From assembly GCF_037042905.1 (NCBI RefSeq), contig NC_087252.1, forward strand, positions 23,128,001 to 23,192,000: a DNA stretch of 64,000 nt. The letters are read 5' to 3'. The DNA comes from Lytechinus pictus. Taxonomy: Eukaryota. The position numbers and the translations under genes were made by a program. Numbering within the stretch: the stretch's first letter is position 1; each line of letters starts with the position of its first letter. This document shows, piece by piece, positions 50,001 through 62,000 of the stretch. Below the pieces are notes generated by a model that made no database searches, was not told where the DNA came from, and worked only from the letters and a program-made list of their open reading frames with translations.

Positions 50001-53000
50001 TCCATGGGAGGAGGGGGGGGGGGTGTAGGCCACAAAGCATAGAAACAAGTACATCCTAAGGTCATATTATGAATTTGTTTCCAAGATCACTTTTGATATA
50101 TCGCTTCCAAGACTTCTTGCAACATTCAGTTAGCTAGCCGGGTTCTAACTGAATCAGCATAGTGGGAGCCCGTTTAAGAAGCCACTGGGAACGGGGGGAG
50201 GGGTGTATATGTAGGTCAGAAAGCATTGAAAAGAGTACTCACGGCAGCCTGCTTCATCGCTGTTATCGCCACAGTCATCAAGGCCATCACACTGCCAATC
50301 CTCGCGGATGCAATTCGAGTTATTGCATGTGAAGTGATGGTCCTCACACTGTCCATCTGAATTATTCAAGATATCATTCACGATTTAAAATAATTCATAA
50401 TTTCAAACCATTGCATCATATGCCCGAGATACAGACCTGCTAACCTTCTACAACAACAAAAAAAGCATTCTTAGAAGGAAAAAAAGTATTTTTTTGACAA
50501 AATAGAGTATTTTTAAAAATTTGTCTCAACGTAAGAATTGCCATACTATTGTAGTTAGATTGGTGAAAAAACATGTGAAATGACTCTACTTTAAAACTTG
50601 ATAATTCACCCTTTTAAACATGTGCTCGTAGGCAAGAATATACTTGTTCCTTTCAAGCAACAGGTTACTGGCCCGACAGTGATTTTTACCGGTTTGGGAC
50701 TGTCGGACCAGCGCTAGTGTCATGCGCTGTGTATAATACATACTCCATGATCAGAAATTGGAAAAAAAAGTAACAAATCATACAAAAAAAGTATTGGTGC
50801 ATTCATAGCAAAAAAAAGGAACAAATACTCTAAAAAGGAAACAGTTGGCATGTCTGGAGATAATACTGTCCACCTAAAAATACGAACAATGACATTCACG
50901 GTATGAGAATTTTAACCCATGGCTGAGATAATTGTCACACTGTCTACAAGAAAATATCCACAAAAATCTTTACCGACTAATCATTTTAACCCATTTGTAA
51001 AAAAAAAGTCAAATCTCATGGCAGCAGCTTTTATTCTTAAAATGGGGAACAATATAGGTGTCTCTTATTACTGCATTTCATGTTGAAGGTTGAAGAAATA
51101 ATAAGGGGGGGGGGGAATGGGGGAAAAATATGCTGCAAAAATGCCTTAAAGAGTCCTGCAGGGGAGTGTTTCATCAACATTTTCATCCGACAAGTTGTCA
51201 GATCTGACATCTTTCTCTGATGTTGATTGGCTGAGAGGTACTGTTACTATGGTAACTGTCTGATAAAATGTGACTTGTCGGATAAAACGTCCGACAAGTC
51301 CTTTCATGAAACGGCCCCCTGGAAATCTAATACAGTGCCCCTGAAATTCCTTTAGGGTCTATATAAAGTGTAATACAACGTAGCAAAATTGAGCCCGCGA
51401 GCTCAAAAAGTCGCCCGGAACTAAATAATTGTCTTTTTTCCCTGGAAAGGACGATATCAGCCCTATTCAAAGTATGAAGTTAAACCATCATCATCATTTC
51501 CACCATCACCACCACCACCACCATCATCTTATCATCATCATCACCATCATCATCATTGTTATTATAATATCAAGTGTTGGTTTGTTTGACTTTCATTTGT
51601 CAATACTTAACTGATACTTAAATAATTCGTATTCATCCATTCTGCTTGTAATATGATAAAATTAATACATGTTTCGGTTTGTCATATTTTGAAGCATTTT
51701 TTTGCTTACAATGGCAATCCATCTTCTGCTACTGATTTATGCTCCATGATATATGCCTGATTTATTGTCAAAATTTATTTTTTATATTTATGATAGATTA
51801 TATTGTAACATAGAAGAAAAATGAATAAATCAAATCAAATCAAATGAAAGGTGCTTTACCGACTGGTGCTTGGCAGAAGTATTCATCACTGGCATCTCCA
51901 CAATCTTGGAAGTTATCACACTCCCAAATAAGAGGAATGCAAACTCCAGTGAGGTGACATTGGAACTCATCATTGTAACAGGGTGGATGAGTAAAATCTG
52001 GATCATGGAAGACAGAACAATGTCAAGGGTCAAGGTGTGTGTCTGATTGTTGGTAAAAGGTGCAAGATAACGTCAAAGGTAGAAAGTTTACCTTCGAATG
52101 TACGAAAAAGGTGGAAGGAGAAGTACAAGTGGAAATTTTGGGAAATATGGAAGAAAATGTTAAATGTCAAAGATCATGTCTAAATGTTGAAAAGGAGGAA
52201 GACAATGTCAAAGTTCAAAGTTCATGTATGAAAATTGGAGATGATGAAAGACAATGGCAAAGGTAAAGGTTCAAGTCTAAATTTGGGGAAAGATGTCAGA
52301 GGTCAAATTTCATGTACAAGAAAAGGTACGTGCAAAGCAATGAAAAGGACAGAAGTTCATGTCCGAATTTTTGAAAAAAAAGTGGAAAAGAAGAAGTAAA
52401 GTAATTAAGCAAAGCCTAACTGAAAATTAGACAAAATGATAAATGGGATAAATGTCAAATTAATTTGATGCTACATGGAAGTGGATCACAATTTACAATA
52501 AATGTGAAATAGAATTTTAAGCGCTCTACTTTTATTATTTATGCTGTTTTGACATTATGGTAGATTATATATATACTGTACATGTCTATATGTAAGCAGG
52601 CAGCTACTTATTAACAGGTCTCTGCTGTCTTGTGAGAGATACATAGACAATAGAAAACACAAGACGATATGACATTGCTGAAAACCACAAATTTATTCAG
52701 CCAAGCATTTGGCTTTACGCCTTCTTCATGGGTTCTGGATCTTTGGCTGGTGTGTATAAATACAACAGCCAAAGATCCAGAGTAGTAAGTGGATTCTGGG
52801 TAGACTGCCCCCTGGAGTCGGAACTTTGTCCGCATCAGTACTCACCCGTTGGGTCTACATCTTCTAACCCTAAGAAATATCCGGCTAATGCTATGTAGTT
52901 CTTTGCGTGAAACTCGATATATATCTCATTGGTAATTGAAATGAATTCTGGGGGAGTGGTCGATTGATGGGTGTATGCCAGGAAGAGGTTGTTGAAGTCC

Positions 53001-56000
53001 TGAGTGTCGTTCCCATGCCCAAAGGCCAGGAAAGTGTCGATGGCGAGATTGACGTCGTAGAAAATCACACGGATCACTCGGCTGGGATCGGTGCGGACTA
53101 TTATCGCGTAATAATCATTTGGTTCGTACACACCCGGGTAGTTTACTGATGTAATATTTATGCCATTCTGATTCAGATAGATGTATTCTGAAAATAAAAT
53201 AGAATGGGGAAAAAATTAATTGCTTTATTTTACAGAAAATGGACATCATTCTATTTTTGGAGGGAAAAAAGTGATAAGATTTTTTCATAAGATAATAATA
53301 ATAGTAATGATAATAACAATAATTACAAAATAATAATAATATCAATAATAATAATAACAATAATCATAATAATGATAATAATACTAATAATGATAATAAT
53401 AATGGGCATTTGTACAGCATAATCTATCTGCTGCTGCATTCATCTTCATTTGCCGTAAAAAGTATTAACTCATAACACATCAAAAACAGGCTTGATAAAG
53501 ATGGAAATTAAAAGCACATCAATAAAATAATGATCACAAGGAGATGCTTATACAATAAATCTTACACATTCCTATAGCAAGAAAATGCTAAGAGCCCAGG
53601 CCTCTGGTATAGAAAGTATAAAACTTAATGCCAATGGCAGGGCAAACAAAACTACATATATAAGAAATAATACAGGACAATAGATAGGACAGAGAAGGAA
53701 GAAAAAGAAAGATAGGAAAGATAGGAAAGATAATGGAAGAAACGAAGTAGGAAAGATAATGGAAGAAAGAAAGAAAGAAAGAAGGAAAGATAGACGAAGA
53801 CTTTTCCAAGGCGCATTAACAATATTACCCCGGCTTTAGCTCGAGCTGCCATCCAGAGCTCAATGCAATCAAAGAATTCATCTACCAGGTAGCCATTTAC
53901 CTCACCTGGGTTAAGTGCAGCACAATGTGGGTAAATTTCTTGCTGAAGGAAAACACGCCATGACTTGGAATCAAACCCATGACCCTCAGATCGCAAGACA
54001 AGAGTAAGAACCACTAGACCACGACAACCAAACAAAGATTTCCAAAGAGATCTTTACAAATTAAGTCTTACCTGTATTGTTGAGTGTTCCGCAGTTGAGT
54101 TCATCGTCAACGCCCCCAATGCAATCCAGAAAGAAGTCACAACGCTTAGTCCCATGTATGCATTGTTGGAGGGGGCATTCAAACATTGTCTCCCCACACG
54201 CTGTAAGGCAACAAGACCATACATATTCAGGGCCCTGTCCACGGAGGATTAGTCTATTGTTACTGGGGGTGCTGAGCATTGTCACAGCACCCCCAGTAAC
54301 AATAGATAATCCTCCGTAGCCATGTCCATGTACATATTCCACAATCATTTCATCTTTCCTTTGAACTGTAGCTCCCCAAACATCTACTGAAGAATCCCCA
54401 ACACTTTCCTAATTTACATGTAAGATTGTCACAATGAGTAATAATTATTGTTATTTGAATTAAATAGTATAAAATGGTTTGTTCATGTGTGTACAATCTC
54501 CACTCCAGGGGAGTATTCCATCAATGAGCAGTCAAGTGGCTCTAATTGCCAAGCAAGCAATATTGATATCTGTTTCATAATGAGTTATACCCACCAATAT
54601 ATGACTTACTTGGGTAGAACATTTCATTCAGTGTATGCGCAATCTCCACTCCCAGTGGATTATTCCATCAATGAGCAGTCAAGTGGCTCTAATTGCCAAG
54701 CAAGCAATATTGATGTCTGTTTCATAATGAGTAATACCCATCAATATATGACTTACTTGGATAGAACATTTCATTTCAGTGTATGCGCAATCTCCACTCT
54801 CAAGGGGAGTATTCCATCAATGAGCAGTAAAGTTGCTATAATTGCAAAGCAAACAGCGGCCCGTTTTATAAAGCTGTTCGTAAGTTAAGAGCGACTTTAA
54901 GAACGACTGGTGAACCTTTCTAACGCGCTAAACCATCGCCATTGAATATACCATTTACCACAAAAAAGGATCACCAGTCGTTCTTAAAGTTGCTCTTAAC
55001 TTACCAACAGCTTTATGAAACACCCACCGGCAGTGACGTTCGCATGTTAATTATCACTACACAATTAATATTTCGCCTACTAAGATAAAAATTTTCATTC
55101 TGTGTATGCGCAACCTCCACTCCTTGGGGAGTATTCCAACAATGAAGGGTCAATTTGCTGTAATTGCTGTAATTAACATTGACGTTTGCATATTAATAAG
55201 TACTGCTCAATTAATAATGACTAACTTGGACATAATGTTTCATCGGCACTAGTATACGGACATTCAATATAACAGTTGCATCTATAATTGGAATGGATGC
55301 AGGCTCCCGAAGGGCTTTCCTGAGTTGCCCATTGTTTTGTGAAAGATGAAGTGTGAGAATCGGTAATGAAAGGCTGCTTGGGGGTATTACAACTATGGAT
55401 GGTAAATTTTCTGTAACTGCTTCGCCGAGAACATTGACGTTTGCATATCAATGAGTATTACAATTAATGACTCACTTGGACATGACGTTTCATCGGCAGT
55501 AGAATATGGACATTCAAAATAACCGTTGCATCTATAATTGGAATGGATGCAGGCTCCCGATGGGCATCGGAATTCTGTTTCAAATGTTCCGCACGCACCT
55601 GAGGTGAAAGAATAACAATAAATGATTATACAAAAGATTCATATAGCGCTCTTTCGATCTTGGTTAGATGCTAAAGACATTTCAGAGAAAATCAACGACC
55701 CCAACAACATAAAAACATACATTTCAGGTAAAAAAATTTAAAATGGATAAATATAAAGATATAAAAAAACATATTTCAGGTTAAAAATTTAACAATGGAT
55801 GAATATAGAGGTCTGTCAAAATAATAATTACAACATTTATATAGCGCTTAATACAAATGTTTTTAAGCGCTGCATAAAATTACCCCGGCTTTAGCATGGC
55901 TACCCTGATAGGGCGCTCAAGCATTCCAGGAATTCCTCGGTACCCATTTACCACACTCGGGTAAAGAGTGGCAAATGTAGATAAACGCCTTGCCAAAGGA

Positions 56001-59000
56001 CGGGAGGGTTGCAGCGGGATTTGAACCCAGGACCTTCTGGTTCAAAGTCCAGAGACTTATCCACTGAGCCATAACGCCTCTACAAAATGATCTTATACAG
56101 GTTAGTGTTCAGGTCGCCCCTACATCCGCTACATTTTCTTTTCATTTCTTTCATATTTGTACCATTTTCATTGCTTATACTGTGATTTAAACTCTTTTGT
56201 TATTGTATCATATTATACTTGTTCATATGTTTGTATGTGTTTAAAGCATGTCAAATAAATGAATTTAATTGAATTGATTATTGCTGATGTTTGGAGTTTC
56301 AAATACTGTGGATGGATAATCCACTGAAAACTTTTTTCTTCTTTCTGCTTGTCAAATTTTTCCTCAGGAAAATGTGCCCCCCCCCTTTTGGAATATCCTG
56401 GATCCGCCCCTGAGATAATCCACTAGTAATTACATAATCCTCATTTTTCTGAGCTTATTTTGAGAACCTCTCTGATCAGGGGGATGTGATTATGGCTGTC
56501 AATAACAGAAAATTGCCATTTTAATTTACCAATCACTAAAGGAATAGCTCTCCGTATTCATTATACAGTCAGATGGAAACGATTGACATTTGAAAATGAT
56601 GGCATTTTAAGTAAGGCAACCAACTTGCCAAAATTTTAAGAAATATTGATAGTTTAACAGTATCCATTACATGTGGCTCTTTGTGAAATATCTTTAACAC
56701 CACATACAATTTATTTATGTATTTATTTAGTTACAAAATATTCACATGAATTACAAAACGAAATGTTTAGAAATAAGCCAGTTTGGGCTTCCATTCTACG
56801 CACAATCAGAAGAAGGTCATTCGGACTAAAAGTGACATGGTGGTTTAATATCTAATGAGATAAGTACCAACTTTGATGCCTTGATTATTCATATATTCTT
56901 TTGAATTGTGTTTTTTATTAGATCCACAAACATCAACAATGCCTCCACTAGTGACTGGTATTTCACAGTTGGCCAAGTACATTGTTATAGCAACTTGATA
57001 ATGCATTCAGAGTAAAAATGCAAAAAATACTTTCATAGAGTGTTCATTCTAGTTATCTAGTCTATACAATTTCTTCATCCTGCTATGTAAGGCATGCTTA
57101 CATGATATCTTGCTTTGAAGTCTGCCTATCATAATGTAAAAAATGAAAGGTCATTTGACCAAAATTGCCTATGAGGTAATACCGGACTGGTCTATTGCAG
57201 TATCACAGACCAACATATTCAACATATTCCGACAGTGGAAGAGCCGTGGTGTAGTGGTTTTGACTCTCGCCTTGTAAACAGAGGGTCGAATGTTCGAATC
57301 CCACCGCGGTCTAGTGTCCTTTGGCAAGGCGTACATCCACACTTTGCCACTCTCGACCCAGGTGCTAAATGGGTACCCGGTAGGATGCGAAAGATATTGT
57401 ATGTTTGATTTTGCCAGCGCCATAATGAGGCTGCGATGAATGCAAGGAATGCTCCCCAGGGAGTGGAAATTGTGCACTTTTCGTGCAGGAGTGAAATGAA
57501 TCCAATGACCGGGGTAATAATATGCTGTAACGCGCTTTGAGCCATTCTGGGAAAAGGGCTTTATAAAAATTGGATAGTATTATCATTATTATTCATATCA
57601 AGAATATTATGCTGGAGATTATCTATTTATGTACCTTGTCAAAAGTCTCTGGCACATCTTTTAGCAGGAATCACGCTACAAAGGCACTTTGTATGTTTTC
57701 ATAGCGGCTTCCCCAAATTACCCATTATTTTGTGTATGATGAAGCATGAGAATTGGTAATAAAAGGTTTGATACATGGCTCCAACTTTTGACATGGTATA
57801 TTACAGTCAGTCCGCAAGCCCTGAAAAAGTAGCTTCTTTTATCCAAGTGATATTCATGACAAGAGGGTTTTTGCATAGTTAATGAGCTTGGTGCGAACCA
57901 AAACACCTCTTTTTATTCGGCCATTGCTGCTCTAAATATTGACCAAATTTCATGTTTTTGGTATCTTTGTAAAGAAGAAGAATCATTCTTTTAGGTCATG
58001 TGTTTGGATTTTTAAAAGAATGTTGTAATATAGGAAAAACTTTTGATCTAAAACATGAAACAAAATTTTTTTTTTCATGCAACAAAAGTTGTTCTTTTCA
58101 CACTTAATTTCTGTTTGGGCACAAATGATTTTTAAATCATGATAAAGCTGAAGATCTAAGCTTTAATATGATATAATTTTTATAAAAAGATGTATTTTAG
58201 ATGGGTCAGCAGCCAGCTTTTCATAGGCCAAGTACATTTTGCAGCTCAAAAACAAGAATACTGCGCTCTGATTGGTCATACAGACCACACACCCACGCAA
58301 ATTCCAATGTTCCCCACACTGGGCCTCTGCAAGGTCACACTCACCATGTGGTAATCTCTTCAAATTACCCGCGCCTGTTTGTTTTGAAAACAGTATTCAG
58401 CCAATCAGAACTCTTGATTTTATGTTACTCAGAAATTTCAGAAATCTCGTCTTGCATCTTGATGGAAATAACTGGCTGCTGACCCATCTAAAAGATGCCA
58501 CATATCAAGAGTGACATTGTAAGAAAGTATAGAGTTTGAGCTTTCTGATGATATAAATAATGTTGGTGCCTAAAACACAAAATGTTGCACAATTTGCAAG
58601 TGAAAACAGAGGAAGAAAATTCTGTTTTATGCATCTTTTCAGGTAAAAAATTCACTTATTTATCAAAATATTTCATTCAAAAGAAATGACCAATATAAAA
58701 GGGTAATATTTACTCTTGCCCATGGTACAAAAATAATCAATATTACTCAAGGAGAAAGTGGTTAAATTCTTTGAGAAAGAAAGTCTCACAATTCACAAGA
58801 TTTTGCAGGGACATGAATTCAGCCACGAGAGGACTTGGATAAATCTTGCTCATTTGCTCATTAACACAGGGGCTTGCGGACTGACTGATTAAAGCCATTA
58901 ACATCACATTGATAAATCAACATTTAACATATACATATTATACTTACTGTGATCAAAGTTTGAACAGTTGACACGTCCCAAGTGATCAAATTCGTCCTCA

Positions 59001-62000
59001 TTATTAGAACAGTCTTTGAAGCCATCGCATTGATAATGAGATGGGATACAGTGATGATCGTTGCACTCAAATTCCGCGGCTGTACAGGCCGTATAGTTGT
59101 GAGCTAGAGTGGGGCATGGAAGAAATGTGGTAAATCTATACAGTAAAACAGTCACTGCAACAACAATGTTTTTTCTTTCAATAATTTCTATTTATATTAC
59201 CTCACTAAACATAAATAATCATAATACATTTATTAAAAAAACAAGAAAGAAAGAAAAAATCTGGGTGGTAAGAGGGGGGATACATGGTTTCAAAGTTACA
59301 ATAAACCTTTCGTAAGTGTATATCAGACCCAAAACTGCTAGAAAACGTTATTTCCTGTACAAATCCAATGCAAATTCTGTATGTAGCCAAAATTTATAAA
59401 TGCATCATTTTTTTTTACATTTACTGATTAAAAGGAATTATTTAGGCTTTTATTACTAAAAAAATGTTGCCAAGGATTTCCATGGAAAAATAATTTAAAA
59501 AGCAGGACAAACAAAGAAATACGTAAGAAATTTAATAAGCAGTAAAATACATATGAATTACAAAATACATGTACATACAATTATACAAATAGTAAAAAAG
59601 AGTGCACAGCCTCCAAATTAGTATTATTGGAGCTATAAGTTTTACAGCCAAAATATAATTTTACGCATTAATTAGCATAACTAATTAAATATAAATAAAG
59701 CCCCCCGGGCTATGCCATTTCAAAATAGCCCAGGGTATGAACGGTTCAAGGGAAATTTTTTGGGTTCAAGCCCACCCTTGGACGTTGGGGCTCTGTTCAT
59801 GTAAATCGCATGCAGAAAAAGTCTTGATATCAAGCACTTAACCCACTGCCTACTGGAACCGGGAGGACCCAGTATTAAGTCTATGAAAATTACAGAATTG
59901 AGTAGTCAGCGGGTTAATAGCTAGGCCACACCTACTTGTAATATCGGTTGGTCTAATGGTAATAGAGAATCCTCGAGCTGACCCAGCTCCACAGTGATAC
60001 GAGATCCAGGCGGTGCTATCAGGGAGGACAATCTCTCTTGGGGCTGTCCCGATGTGATAGACGGCATAGCGACTGGTGTCGTTGTCAGCGTCGTCCCCGG
60101 TACCCATCTGAAGCCATGCCTCGGGAGGTATCGCAAAGACATTGACGGTGAGATGAATAGCATAGCCGTCGGGAACATTGACAATCCATTCGACATAGCA
60201 CAGCGCGTCGTGGGTGTCGATGTTAGGATAGCCAGGGGACTGGATGGTGCGCTCTTCACCAATGCCAAGAGTGATGTATTCTGTTAAGAAAACCAAACAC
60301 ATATTCAATTCAATTTATTAATCTATGATATACATATAAACATTTCCTCTACTGGTTCAACATGTGATCAATCTGGAAAAGAACTGCTTGAAAATGGGGA
60401 AACTCTGTGTGGAAACAAAAAAAAATCACACAGCGAATCACAAGCAACCTATGCATCACCTGTACCTCCATAAAAAAAAAACCTTTCATAACATCTTCCA
60501 ATGTTATGGTGGCAGCGGTGGGATCGAAACCCAAGACATTGAAATGACCGGTGCCTCAAACCAGTGAATTTTGTATAAAAAGAGACCTTGCTTACCAGTG
60601 TTTTCAATGGTTCCACAGCTATCCTCATCTACCTCATTCCAGCAGTCGTTATCTGCATCGCAAACATAGTAGTCTGGAATGCAGACCCCTTCACTGCAAT
60701 TGAAGTACCCTTCGCCACAGTCTGAATGAAGGAAAATAATAACATTTACATACTAGGAGTGTGTTTCACAAAGACTTTACCCAATGACTACCGAAGTCTT
60801 AAGTTCCCATAGGCTTTGTATAGGGACCAGCAGGTTCCAACAGGCAATGGGTTAATCCTTATTTAAAGGGATCGTTTAACTTTGTGAGCAGCTGATTTAA
60901 AAAATTCTCAAACTGAGTCGAAACGTGCGTATGAGTGCCTGTATTTGTCCTCAAAAACCCTGAAACAGACCACAATATAGGATGAAAAACTCTAATTTAG
61001 ATAGCAAGTAGCAATTTATTAGCCTGATTTTGAGAACCGTCTAGTAGACGGGTTCAGCTTATGACCAATTTTCTCCAATTCAAAAAGTCCGTTGGCTATT
61101 TTGACTGCCTTCTGTTGTGTGTATCTCCTATACACACACTATTAGCTGCACTGTACATTCAGTGTATACCTTGTACACACTGTATGTAGGTCATGCTGTG
61201 TTCATCTAGAATTAATGTGTTGTGGTGCACAGATTCCCTGTATACACATAGTCATTGAAACCAACTCCCAATTATTTCAAACTTTGGTTTACATCTCCAA
61301 GGTTTTAAAATTGATCCTGTAAATATAATACTTTGAAACTTTTGGGATGGTATTTTTACACTATAAGCCTAATGTTTAGCCCATTTTCAGGAACCAAAAG
61401 GAGAATTTTTTTAATCAGAACAAAGTGAAATGATCACTTTAAATGACAACTTTTATTACTATGCTGCCACACAATATTTTTCGAGCGCACTTCTCACTGA
61501 ATTTTTACTTTCAAGTCTTGTACATATTTTGAGATCAAAATTTACGTCACACGGGTACGCGATTCCGACATAGTGCAACATTTTTTAATTGCATGTCATA
61601 CCTCAAATTGCTTGATTTCAGGTGCAAAGGCAATGCAAATAGTTTTTTTTTCAAACCAAAAATCTTAATTTCATGAGCAATTTTACATTTTCTGTTTTAA
61701 ACAAATTCATTTTATGCCATTTAAAATTGCAAAAGAGTTCTTGAAAAATTCATCAGAAAAAACCCAGACATCTCAGAGCCAAATCTGAGATGGAGGGAGG
61801 GGGGGGGATCAGAGTTAAAAGTTAAAGTTTGGTTATAAAAACCCAGGTTTATTTAATATGGTGAAATTTACGATCATAAACTTACCAAAGCAATCTCTTT
61901 CGTCTTCGCCTAAGTCACAGTCAGGATAGTAATCACAAGCCCAGTAGGATGGGATACATGTTTCGGTAGCTTGACACGCAAACTCAAAGATAGAACATAT

